Shown here piece after piece: positions 28,185 through 38,574 of a stretch of 64,000 nt of DNA (position 1 is its first letter; each line of letters begins with the position of its first letter). Source of the stretch: Desulfatiglandales bacterium. Lineage in GTDB: Bacteria > Desulfobacterota > DSM-4660 > Desulfatiglandales > HGW-15. The position numbers and the translations under genes were made by a program. The stretch is taken from NCBI GenBank assembly GCA_963667015.2, contig CAXXJJ010000004.1, forward strand, positions 2,592,001 to 2,656,000, given 5' to 3'. The notes under the pieces are model-generated. The model worked only from the letters and a program-made list of their open reading frames with translations. It was not told the origin of the DNA and did no database searches.

Positions 28185-29762
28185 CTAATATCTTTTTCCC
28201 TCAGCTACCTTAAAGGCCAGTGCTCCGGTAGGACATGCATTTACAACCTCCCGGGCAGTTTTTGAAAGACCTTCGGCTATTGATTTCTCAAAGGGGACAG
28301 CAACCTTTACATCAAATCCCCTGCCGATAAAGGTCAGACCAAGTTCTTCCTTTTGTTTTTCGGTTATTCGCACACATATGCCGCAGCTGATACATTTCCC
28401 GGGTTCATATATTATTTCAGGATGATCATCCCTGTATAAAAATGCCCGTTTCTTTCCCCTGTACTGTGTTGCCTTTGCTCCATATTCCTGTGCAAAGACC
28501 CGCAGTCTGCATGATGTCACTTTACTGCAGTCACAGTTCAGGCAGTATGAGGCTTCGCGGGAGACCGCATCCTTATCAGAAACAGATATATTGTCTGTAA
28601 TTTGAGACCGCTCTTTGTCTTTACTGGAAATTGCCAGGTTAATAAATTCTTCCTGTTCAGATTTCCCCATCCTCGTATTGAACTCCCGCACATAACCTGT
28701 AACAGGTTCTTTATCCAAAAACTGTAAAATACCTGCTGCCGCCTTCTTTCCATCTGCCAGTGAACGCACTGTCAGCTTGAGGCCTTTCCGGACATCGCCT
28801 CCTGCAAACACCCCTGGCATTTCGGTCCGGAAGGTATCAGGATTTACTGTAAGGTTCCCCTTATTTAGGGAAAATCCAAGCGCCTCAAGGTCACCTGATG
28901 CAGCCCTCCCGATTCCAAGGAAAACAGCGTCAAAGGTTTTTAACAATTCTTCAATGGATACATCCCTGCCCGCACGTATCTGCTGTTTGAATATTACGCC
29001 AATATTTCTGATCTGTTCAATCTCGGCATCCAGCACGTTTCGGGGAAGATCCTCTTCTGGTACACCATAACGCAGCATTCCTCCGGGTTCTTCACGATCA
29101 TCAAACACGGTACATGAAACGCCTTCTCTCTGTAAATAATAGGCCGCAGATAAACCCGCAGGACCAGCACCTATAACTGCCACCTTTTTACCCCTGTCCG
29201 GAGAAACATGAGGTTTGAAAGGTGCGGCCTCAGCCAGATCCAGTTCCGCTGCGCACCGCTTAATGAATCGAACTGCCAATGGCGCATCAACCTGTCCTCG
29301 CCTGCATGCCTTCTCGCAGGGGGCAGGACAAATATATCCGGTAACCGCCGGCAGGACCAGATGCTCCTTTATTGTCTCAATGGCCCTGTCATAGCGCCCG
29401 GCTGCCATAAATCGCATCATCTCAGGGATATTCATGCCGGCAGGGCATGCAGCCTGGCAGGGCCCAATGCAGTCGCCCACATGATCACTCAGCAGGAGTT
29501 CCAGGGCTGTCCTGCGTGCGAGTGTTACATCCGGATCATCATTAAATATGACCATGCCCTCCTCTGCCCTTGTTGCACAGGATGGAAGCAGGTTTCTGCG
29601 TCCCTCTACCTTAACCACGCAAAGCATGCAGCTGGTTATGGGAAGAAGGTCCTTTAAATAGCAGAGTGTGGGGATCTTAATGCCGATGGATTCCGCTGCA
29701 TCGAGGATGGTTGTTCCTTCAGGAACCTGGGTAGATTTTCCGTCTATTGTTATACTAATCAT
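28185..29762 (-). CDS. Fe-S flavoprotein: NuoG/HydA-like 2Fe-2S domain, GltD/NfnB-like FAD region, C-terminal 4Fe-4S
   Basis: IPTLC..SCMLCVV..PSC; PCQAACP; ICPAPCEKACRR; IGAGPAGL; VFAGGD; CISCGIC...CPTGAL. Confidence 0.85.
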   Translation of the reverse strand: MISITIDGKSTQVPEGTTILDAAESIGIKIPTLCYLKDLLPITSCMLCVVKVEGRRNLLPSCATRAEEGMVIFNDDPDVTLARRTALELLLSDHVGDCIGPCQAACPAGMNIPEMMRFMAAGRYDRAIETIKEHLVLPAVTGYICPAPCEKACRRGQVDAPLAVRFIKRCAAELDLAEAAPFKPHVSPDRGKKVAVIGAGPAGLSAAYYLQREGVSCTVFDDREEPGGMLRYGVPEEDLPRNVLDAEIEQIRNIGVIFKQQIRAGRDVSIEELLKTFDAVFLGIGRAASGDLEALGFSLNKGNLTVNPDTFRTEMPGVFAGGDVRKGLKLTVRSLADGKKAAAGILQFLDKEPVTGYVREFNTRMGKSEQEEFINLAISSKDKERSQITDNISVSDKDAVSREASYCLNCDCSKVTSCRLRVFAQEYGAKATQYRGKKRAFLYRDDHPEIIYEPGKCISCGICVRITEKQKEELGLTFIGRGFDVKVAVPFEKSIAEGLSKTAREVVNACPTGALAFKVAEGKRY

Positions 29763-29802
29763 AATTTTTCCAAACTATAAATTTAGCTGTTTAGACGGTA
29801 GC

Positions 29803-32166
29803 CTAACAGCCTGTTTTTACAACTATCGCATCCTCGGGACAAACGTTTTTACATGACCCGCAGCGAATGCATTTTTCAGTATCTATCACATGTTTTTCAT
29901 AGGGTTTAAATGCAATTGCCCCTGCCGGGCAGTGCTGAGCACATACTGTACAGCCTATGCAGTCGTCGGTCACCTTATATTGAATAAGAGCCTTGCATTT
30001 GCCCGCAGGGCATCGGCCTTCAACGTGGGCCTCATACTCTTCACGAAAATGTTTGAGTGTGGACAGAACCGGGTTTGGGGCGGTTCCGCCCAGGGCGCAG
30101 AGGCTGCCCTGTTTTATCTGTTCTGCAAGCGATTCAAGCTGGTCAAGGTCCGAACTCTTCCCTTCTCCGTTACAGAGACGTTCAAGGATCTCCAGCATGC
30201 GGCGCGTCCCGACCCGGCAGAAGGTGCATTTTCCGCAGGACTGGTTCTGGGTAAATTCCAGAAAGTACTTTGCGATATCCACCATACAGTCGTTCTCATC
30301 CAGGACTACCAGACCGCCTGACCCCATTATGGCGCCTGCGCCTGTAAGAGATTCATAGTCCACAGGGATATCCGATAAATGGGCAGGCACACACCCTCCG
30401 CTCGGCCCGCCGATCTGGATGGCCTTGAATTTAAGCCCCCCGGCAATACCTCCTCCGATCTCTTCCACCACCTGCCGCAGTGTCACACCCATGGGAACCT
30501 CGATAAGCCCTCCCCTGGCTATTTTTCCTGCCAGGGCAAACACCTTTGTTCCCTTGCTCTTTTCCGTACCCATCTCAGCAAAGGCCGCACCGCCGTTGCC
30601 TATTATCCATGAAACCAGGGCATAGGTCTCCACATTGTTGATCAGTGTAGGCTTTCCCCATAATCCCTGCTGTGCGGGATAGGGCGGCCTTAAGCGGGGC
30701 ATCCCCCTCTGCCCCATGATACTTGCAAGAAGGGCGGTTTCTTCACCGCATACAAAGGCCCCTGCCCCGGCAACGATCTTAAGATCCAGGGTCAGATCAC
30801 TGCCGCATATATTTTCACCAAGGAATCCGCGTGCCCGGCACATCTTTATCGCCTCTGTCATGCGTTCTATTGCCAGGGGATATTCGGCACGGATGTAAAG
30901 ATAACCCCGGCTGGCGCCTACAGCACGTGCGGCAATAGCCATGCCTTCAAGAACCCTGAATGGATAGGATTCCATGAGCATCCTGTCCATGAATGCCCCG
31001 GGATCGCCCTCATCACCGTTAAGGACAATAAAGCGTTCCTTCTCGGACTGGCTGCGAAGCGCCCTCCATTTGAGGAAGGTGGGAAATCCTGCGCCGCCCC
31101 TGCCCTTGAGCCCGCTTGCCCCTACCTCGGATATAATCTCTTCCTCTGTCAGTTCATTTACAGCCTTCCTGAGTGCCTGAAATCCTCCATACTCAATATA
31201 TTCATCAATATTTACCGGGCTGATGCTGCCGCAGTGCTCTGTGGCAATATTTTTCTGCCGTCCCAGAAAATCCGCCACATGCCCTTCCCTCTTATCAACG
31301 GCATAACGGGGGATTGAAGGTGATTCACCTGCGTTAAGTATGATGTCCAGCCCCTTTGAGATCATGGGCGCAATTTTTCGGGTAATTCCTCCGGGTTTAA
31401 AATGCTTTAATAGGATGTCCCTGGCATCTTCGGGCTTCACCCCCGTATAGAGATAGCTGTTGCCGTTTGCAAGAAGGACTTCCATGAGGGGAGTCTGGTA
31501 ACACATCCCAACGCAGCCGACATGCTTGATACGGGCCGGGATGCCGGTTTCGGCTATAACCTTCTCTACTGCCTCTTTAAGGTAACCGCTTCCCCTGGCC
31601 TGGCAGCAGGAGCCCAGGCCTACCCTTATTTCCCCCCGGGTTGCTCCTGATAAATCCGGTGCCTGATCTGCCCTGTCACGTTTCTTTCGGGTCTTACAAA
31701 AGGCAAGATAATTCTTTATGGTGTTTCCCACCAGGTCCGGTGTAAGGTGCCCGTAAATCACCTCCCCGATCTGGACAACCGGCGCCAGGGTGCAGCAGCC
31801 GAGACAGGCAACCGGTTCTACAGTAAACAGACCATCAGGGTCAGTATCCCTCCCCTCGGGTATATGCAGATGTCTTCTGAAGGCATCATATACTCCCTGC
31901 GCACCCTTTACATGGCATGCGGTCCCAAGGCATACCCGAATGATATGCTCCCCGGCCGGTGTAAACCGGAACTGGTCATAAAAACTCGCAAACCCCGTAA
32001 TGGCAGCAGGGGTTATTTCGGTCCTGTCACAAACCCGCTCCAGAGCAGCCTGCGGGAGATACCCGTATTCCTTTTGCAGAGTCTGCAATATCGGCAGGAT
32101 ACTTTCAGGGGTTTTTCCTGTCGATGCGATAATTTCATCTACTTTTGTAATATCAATATTTTCCAT
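29803..32166 (-). CDS. NuoE-NuoF (HydC-HydB/BfuCB-like) fusion with an extra Trx-like Fe-S domain and C-terminal 2x[4Fe-4S]
   Basis: VCLGTACH, ACLGCC, GRGGAGFPT, DEGDPGAFMDR, GAFVCGEET, GGPSGG, SCGKCTFCR, CIGCTVC, CIRCGSC; ATG at 32166 overlaps the upstream gene. Confidence 0.92.
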   Translation of the reverse strand: MENIDITKVDEIIASTGKTPESILPILQTLQKEYGYLPQAALERVCDRTEITPAAITGFASFYDQFRFTPAGEHIIRVCLGTACHVKGAQGVYDAFRRHLHIPEGRDTDPDGLFTVEPVACLGCCTLAPVVQIGEVIYGHLTPDLVGNTIKNYLAFCKTRKKRDRADQAPDLSGATRGEIRVGLGSCCQARGSGYLKEAVEKVIAETGIPARIKHVGCVGMCYQTPLMEVLLANGNSYLYTGVKPEDARDILLKHFKPGGITRKIAPMISKGLDIILNAGESPSIPRYAVDKREGHVADFLGRQKNIATEHCGSISPVNIDEYIEYGGFQALRKAVNELTEEEIISEVGASGLKGRGGAGFPTFLKWRALRSQSEKERFIVLNGDEGDPGAFMDRMLMESYPFRVLEGMAIAARAVGASRGYLYIRAEYPLAIERMTEAIKMCRARGFLGENICGSDLTLDLKIVAGAGAFVCGEETALLASIMGQRGMPRLRPPYPAQQGLWGKPTLINNVETYALVSWIIGNGGAAFAEMGTEKSKGTKVFALAGKIARGGLIEVPMGVTLRQVVEEIGGGIAGGLKFKAIQIGGPSGGCVPAHLSDIPVDYESLTGAGAIMGSGGLVVLDENDCMVDIAKYFLEFTQNQSCGKCTFCRVGTRRMLEILERLCNGEGKSSDLDQLESLAEQIKQGSLCALGGTAPNPVLSTLKHFREEYEAHVEGRCPAGKCKALIQYKVTDDCIGCTVCAQHCPAGAIAFKPYEKHVIDTEKCIRCGSCKNVCPEDAIVVKTGC

Positions 32167-33890
32167 TTCCAATACAGTACAGATTCTCTTTTCCGCGAAT
32201 GTAGATTCGTCCGGGCATAAATGCCGGTGTGGCAAAACACTCTTCCCCTAATGCATTGCCGGCTTCCTGGGTAAACTCCTTTTCACCTGGAGTACCGATA
32301 AACATGGTTCCTTCCAGGGAAAGGACATAGAGTTTACCCGCTACAAGGGTCGGGGAAGAATTAACGTTTTCGTTATAATCATGCTCATAGATAAGCTTGC
32401 CGTCTTCGGCATTAACCACATAGAGAGTCCCGTAGGAGTCCAGAAAAAATATCCGGGAGCCATCCGAAACAGGGGAGACTATTGAAGGAGCTACATCATC
32501 ATTTTCCCATGCAATATGTGTGGCAGTAACATCACCCGTTCCCCCTAATCGTATGGCCACGTTAAACATATCAGGAGCAACTGCAATGACCTTGTCTCCC
32601 GCTATAATGGGCGCTGCGGCAACATCTCCCTTTACGCAGCTCGCCCGCCATATCTCTTTTCCGTCATCCGGATTATAGGCGATCACCCAGGGATCAGCTA
32701 CGGTTATAAACTGATAGCCGTTCCCTGTTTCTGCCACAATGGGCGAGGTCCAGCTGTTGGGAACAGGTCTTTTTGTTTCCCAGACAATATTCCCTGTTGC
32801 CCCGTCAAATGCATATACCCGGGACTTCCCGTCTGATGCACCCGCCTGGTCAAACTGCACCAGCACGCGATCCTGCCATACATCGAGGCTGGAGGCATAT
32901 CCGTAGAGGCTTACCGGTATTCCAAGGCTCTTGTACCACACAAGGCGTCCCTTAAAATCAAATGCGGCCAGATCACCTGTTGCAAAGATTGCATAAACAC
33001 GGACACCATCCGTTGCCATTGTCGGGGCCGCGTAACCGGTGTCTTCCATGACCTCAAACTTTTTATCCCCCATGGGCGCAGTCGGTACATCACCGGTCCA
33101 GAGTATGCTTCCTGTGGATGCATCAAAACAGTATACCTGGCGTTTTTCCCCGTTGGCCCCGGATAAAAATATCCGGTCCTGCCATACAATGGGTGAATTA
33201 TACCCCGGCAAAGGTACCGGAGCTTTCCATAGAATTCCTTCACCACTTGCTCCATCCCATTTTGCAGGAATATCGGTCAGAGAGGTTATACCGGCACCGC
33301 CAAAACCCCGGAAGCGGTTCCAGTTCTGTTTAAGCTCTTCAACTGATGCGTAGGCAGGTTCTTCAGATATTCCCTCCTGAAGCCGGGTGAGCCATTCTGA
33401 CGGAGTCTGCTGTTCAAGTAAAAATGCCCCGCCTGTCAGGAGTAAAACAAACACTGCAAGGGCCAGCCTGCTTTCTCCCAGTTTTCGTCTCTTAAAAGGT
33501 TCATCCTGTTCATCACATGGTTCAGGGTTAATTCCCTTTAACCGGGACTGCCATTTCAGTGCTCCAAAGGTAACAGCAGCGCTGATTAAGAGCATCAAAG
33601 CGGCCATACCGGAAAAATCAATCTGCCGGAGTTTACTGCTGCGATAATCCCGATCCAGTTCCCTTATCTCTTTTATCAACCCTTCGTCATCAGGCTGACT
33701 CAAAAGCTGAACTGTTTCAGGTCTGTTATCTCTGTATATTCCCCTGCGCTCGTACACATACTGCCGGTATCCGTTTATTATCAACAATCCCAAGAAAAAC
33801 CAGTGAAAAGACAGTACCGATTACAGCAGTTGTCCGGAGTACATTCTGCAGTTGTGTTCTGTTACTGTTTTCAGGAGTTATTGAATTCAT
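32153..33890 (-). CDS. Membrane-anchored PQQ-like (BamB-type) beta-propeller protein; +1 frameshift near 33795-33799
   Basis: WNRFRG, ILWK, SPIVW, YAAPT, ATPA repeats; ATG at 33890 is coupled to the upstream stop, and removing one base gives a continuous TM helix VFSLVFLGLLII. Confidence 0.8.
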
Positions 33891-35202
33891 CTGCTGCTCA
33901 TCCCTCCTGCTTCCTCTATTTTCTGCAGGCGATATTCCTGCTCCTTTGGGCAGTATTTAAAGCATCGCCCGCAGGATACACATCCGGCCCTGTCAGCTTC
34001 ATAGTCTTTCTGTCTGGGACGAAGGTTAAGCAATATAAGCTTGCCGCCAAGAATCAATCCCAGGAAACCTCCAAAAAACCAGCCTCCCTTTTCAAAACCA
34101 GTCCTTATTGCTGCGGCGTGCTGATAAAGGGAACTGATAGTCTCACCCGAGGAGCGGAAATACTGGCTTGCATCTGTTGTTTCATCAATATCCTGGTTTT
34201 CTTCCAGCCATATTCGCTCGGCCAGTGCGACTGTTGGATGGGATCGAGCTGCAAGCGGGGCAAGGCTGTTTCCAACCCATGCGCCAAGTCCCATGAGAAA
34301 AGGAAGCAAAACGATGAAATATGGCAAGCCGTTTTTTATCCCGTTTATATGTAGCCTCAGGCCATTCGGGTACAGGTGCCTGAATGACGCCGTAGGGGCA
34401 GGCATCTTCACAGAGTTTGCACTGATTGCAGTCTGTAGGAGTAATTTTTAACCGCCATTTGGAGAGCCTGGATAACTGTCGCAGTATAACACCATAGGGG
34501 CATAAAAATCGGCAGTATGGGCGTCCGATAAAAAAACCTATTATAAGTAATATGCCGCCCATGATCAGTATATTAAGGTTCCCGTTCCTGCGGAATATAG
34601 CTACAAACGGGTCATACTTGCATATAACAAAGGAACTCCCCATTGCAGCAAGCCAGACGGCAAGCGCCAGATAGACATATGCAAGATACCGCAGGGAGTG
34701 TTCCAGCCAGACCGGAACCTTTACAGGCTTTATCAGCGTAATATCCTGAACCGCACCAAGGGGGCATACCCCTGCACAAAAACTTCTGCCCGAAAAGCAG
34801 CGTAAATATCAGGGGTGCAATAAAGAAAAATATAGTAAGTAACGGGACTGTATAGTCTGCATTGAACAAGAACAAAGACATGTCCTGTATTGCCCCGATG
34901 GAACAGACACATCCCTTTCTGTAAAACCCGAAATAGGCGAGTGAGAAAACCATCAGGCCGAAAACAGCCTTCCTGCTTCTTTTTTTATGTATAAGCCATG
35001 ACGCTGTACCAAGTGCCAGCAAAAGAACTGCTGCATCGACAAGCGGCCACGCTCCTCCCCTGGGCATGGGCGCGGTGTGTTCGGGACGCACATAATCTCC
35101 CTCAAACTGCGGCGGCGGGAATCTTTCGATGGAATATGAATTCATTGCCACGCTGGAAAACATCAGCAGGACAAAGAAGATATAGAAAATTCTGATTCTC
35201 AA
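33887..35202 (-). CDS. Membrane 4Fe-4S-binding protein (NapH/MauN/NosR C-terminal-like); two +1 frameshifts
   Basis: Three track ORFs join into GCVCSIG...FGRSFCAGVCPLG...RPYCRFLCPYG...CNQCKLCEDACP...CVSCGRCFKYCP; extra bases near 34790 and 34318. Confidence 0.8.
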
Positions 35203-35789
35203 GCTTCCCCCCCCTTTTTGAAGAGGTAGGGATTATTTACAGGCACTCTTTTAAATGCGTCCGCCGGGCAGACAAGGGCGATTGCACACTGATTGCAGTT
35301 TACACAGCGGTCATGCCGCACCTGCATGTGAAGAGAACCATTACCAAAGCCATTGCATGTCTTTACACATTTTGCGCAGCCGATACAAAGAGATTCATCA
35401 ATGGTGTATTCATAGTATGGATCTTCAACATAATTTCGTTTAATCGCCCCCATGGGACAGATCTGGTTTTCCCCACCCTCATTGATCGCGTTGGGTTGAG
35501 GTTCAAAAAAACCGAAACATATCTTGCAGTACCCGCAGATCTCATAGGAGTGTACGCACTTTACGGCCGACTCCTCCATTACACATGCGGTTTCACAGTT
35601 GCCGCAGGCGCTGCATTTATAGGGATCTATCTGCCAGGCATATGTTGCATTGCGGCTGCGGTACCAGCCAAGGCCGATAACGCCGCCTATGGCAACAAGA
35701 GAAGCGCCCCGCAGGGCATCCCGGAGAAATTCCCGCCTTGATTTCTTTTTATCGTTATTGTTGCTGTCCATCCCAAACTCCTGAGTCAT
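35199..35789 (-). CDS. Polyferredoxin with Tat-like signal
   Basis: SRREFLR plus hydrophobic segment; four Cys clusters (CSACGNC, CGYCKIC, CIGCAKC, CVNCNQC). Confidence 0.85.
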   Translation of the reverse strand: MTQEFGMDSNNNDKKKSRREFLRDALRGASLVAIGGVIGLGWYRSRNATYAWQIDPYKCSACGNCETACVMEESAVKCVHSYEICGYCKICFGFFEPQPNAINEGGENQICPMGAIKRNYVEDPYYEYTIDESLCIGCAKCVKTCNGFGNGSLHMQVRHDRCVNCNQCAIALVCPADAFKRVPVNNPYLFKKGGEA

Positions 35790-35822
35790 CTACCTATTAG
35801 CCTGCTATTTCTAAATAATACT

Positions 35823-35902
35823 GTAGGGGCACGGCGTACCGTGCCCATCTCCTGTTATTTTGTGGCTCGCCACATTAAGGGCACGGTGCGCAGTGCCCCT
35901 AC
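35823..35902. repeat. GTAG-type REP doublet
   Basis: gtaggggcacggcgtaccgtgccc ... gggcacggtgcgcagtgcccctac inverted pair. Confidence 0.7.
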
Positions 35903-35970
35903 TGCTTATCGAATCCTATTTATCATTCCTGTTGATCCTTTTGAGATAGGTTTGAAACCTGTCTCTACGT

Positions 35971-36988
35971 TTATTTCCGCTTAAAGAACCTCAGCACATT
36001 CCTTGCCCTGTCCAGTATATAAACATGCCCGGCATCATCCGCTGCCACATCAAAACCATAGCGCTGGATCTTTTCTGTTTTTGATGCAACAGACGAAGGC
36101 ACATCTGCAAGCTGTTTCGGTTCTGCCACAAAACCTTTCAGTTTGCCGAAGGTATCATAAACCTTTACCCTGGCAACTCCCTTTTCACAGGTTATGATAT
36201 CCCCGTTTTTAAGAATGGCAAAACTTACAGGGTTGCAGCATGCAGCAAAATCTTCGAGCCTGTTGCCGAATTTTCCCCAGGCAAATTCACGATCTCCTTT
36301 AACTGTATAGGCCTCTATCTGATGATTTCCGGGGTTGGCAACACGCAGCAAGCCGTCCGGGGCCATGGCAAGGTCAAAGTATGGGCCTGGCACTATAAAC
36401 CCGGGAATATTCTTTTCTAGTGTTTTTATCTCCAATACGTCTTACAAAATTTCCATCCGGATCATAACACCAGACAATCCTCTGGCCCGCATCCGCAATG
36501 AAAATATATTTATCGGTCAGGGCGATATTTGTTATCCATGCATTTTCACCAAGGCTTTTCCATGTATCCCTGATCCCGCCGTTTTTATCGGTTATTACAA
36601 TCCTGTCCCTGGTTCCGATATAAAACCCGTCATCCACGGGAACAAGACAAAAAGGAACAACACTCAATTCCACAGTGTCTTTTATTCTGCCATGAGAATC
36701 CATTTCTTTTACAACCTGGTCACCTGCCAGGAATAATGCACCTGATTTATCCACAGTAACAAAACGTGACTCGACAAACCCGGTAGAGACAGGTTTATTT
36801 ACCTCCTCGTAAAGGATCATTTCAGGATCTATTTTAGTCATGGAAATGATATCAATGGTACTGCTGCCTGCACCTATAGCCTTTCCCGGCCGACTCAGGC
36901 AAACAAGTCCACCAACAGCAGCTATGGAACCGGCCTTAAGTACGTCACCCAGAAATTCACGACGGTTTTTTTTGTTTTCGTTATCCAT
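35971..36988 (-). CDS. Tat-exported NHL-type beta-propeller protein; +1 frameshift near 36425
   Basis: NRREFL signal; FIADAG, VANPG, FAACCNP, YILD motifs; two ORFs join across an A-run. Confidence 0.75.
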
Positions 36989-37000
36989 GATGAACCTTCA

Positions 37001-38401
37001 TTAATCTTCCATTATGTCCAGACACTTCATATGTGTAAGATCCCTCACAATGAGTCGGCCCGACACAAAAACCATTGGTCCCCATGCGTCGTGACCTTCC
37101 AGGACCTTTGCGTCGGTTATCGGCTCATAGGCATCCGGTGTTGCCTTTGCAACCGTCAGGTGTCCTTCGTCATTCATTACAAAGATCATATTATTAATTA
37201 TAGTGTAGGGCCCTATACCAAACTTGTTTGCCGATGTGCTGGTCCATTTTATATTTCCATCGAGATCCATGCAGACGAGCTCTTCATCCGGCCGAACACC
37301 ATATATATAACCTTTGTAATATATGGGAGTCTGCTGGTCGGATCCGAATACCTTTGCATCCAGTCTGAATATTGACTCCGGAACATATTGATTATTAACC
37401 TGTTTTACTGCAAGCATCATGGAACCGGCGTTGTAACCGCCGCTTAAAAAAATGCGCTCTTTATCGATAATTACCGGAGTAGGCACATTTGCGATATTTA
37501 TTCGCCAGTCCGGATACTGCCAGAGTAATCTTCCGTCTTCGGCAGAGACACCGACAACCCCGCCGCCGGAACAGTATACATATGATCTTTCATCTCCAAG
37601 GTCCATGGGAACAAGGGAAGAGTGAGTCATTTTCCAGCCCTTTGGATTGGGAGTTTTCCAGATTACTTCTCCTGTCTGATAGTTAAGGGCCATGACAAGC
37701 GCATCCGAACCGCCTACCCCGAGGATGAGTTTATCACCGTCAACCAGAGGACACTGGCCGGCATACCACGCGGGGACCTCTGCGCCGTCCTCTTTTACAA
37801 GATTTCGTTTCCAGCGTAATTCACCGGTTATCCTGTCAAGGCATACAACATGACACTTGGGCCCGATTGTAATTACGCAGTCGCCGGCAATTACAGGAAC
37901 GGTTCTGCTCATTCCGTGATTCCGTTTTATCTTTACCTTGTAAAAATACCGCCAGATCTCTTTTCCATCATCAAGGGAAAGGCATCTTATGGCATCACCC
38001 TCTTTTTCCTGATCATAATCCAGTACATAAACACGGCCATCTGCAACTGCCGCCCCGGCATATCCTTCGCCAAGTTCAACATCCCAGAGAACCTTTGGTT
38101 TATCAGTTTCCCACTGAAGGTTGAATTTTCCCGGTAAATCTTCGTAAACTATTGCATCCAGGTTCTTCCCCCTGAAACCGGGCCAGTAACCCGGTAATGA
38201 GGAAGGAACTCCGTCAGATGTTGTAAGCTCTCCCACGAATGGCACATCATCTGATGGAGCTGCGATATTCTCAAGGATTGGAATCCGCAGTGATATGTCT
38301 GCACCCCGCCCCTGCAGGAGAAGTAATGACAGGAGTGAAATTCCCCCGGCTAAAACCAGGACAATGGGTAACAGGTTTATGAGCTTAGTTGTCTTCATCA
38401 T
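37001..38401 (-). CDS. PQQ-like beta-propeller protein
   Basis: WPGFRG, GEGYAG, SRTVP, WGPM; N-terminal TM. Confidence 0.85.
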   Translation of the reverse strand: MMKTTKLINLLPIVLVLAGGISLLSLLLLQGRGADISLRIPILENIAAPSDDVPFVGELTTSDGVPSSLPGYWPGFRGKNLDAIVYEDLPGKFNLQWETDKPKVLWDVELGEGYAGAAVADGRVYVLDYDQEKEGDAIRCLSLDDGKEIWRYFYKVKIKRNHGMSRTVPVIAGDCVITIGPKCHVVCLDRITGELRWKRNLVKEDGAEVPAWYAGQCPLVDGDKLILGVGGSDALVMALNYQTGEVIWKTPNPKGWKMTHSSLVPMDLGDERSYVYCSGGGVVGVSAEDGRLLWQYPDWRINIANVPTPVIIDKERIFLSGGYNAGSMMLAVKQVNNQYVPESIFRLDAKVFGSDQQTPIYYKGYIYGVRPDEELVCMDLDGNIKWTSTSANKFGIGPYTIINNMIFVMNDEGHLTVAKATPDAYEPITDAKVLEGHDAWGPMVFVSGRLIVRDLTHMKCLDIMED

Positions 38402-38574
38402 CTTTTCACAATCATAAATAAGTATTCAAATTCGATAATACCGGTCTTCCACTGCGGCATATAAAATGCCACCCTGCTAAAATCCTCAACAAATGCAGGG
38501 GGGATACCCCACCTGTTTTTCTTCTTTTATTACCTCTCTGCGTACTTTGCGTCTTTGCGGTGAATATTATATTT

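Noticed and set aside
28185..32166. Respiratory complex I or [FeFe]-hydrogenase
   Set aside because: No other nuo genes nearby and no H-cluster motifs
33790..36430. Programmed ribosomal frameshifting
   Set aside because: Sites are short, dissimilar homopolymers with no shared slippery motif; sequencing error is simpler
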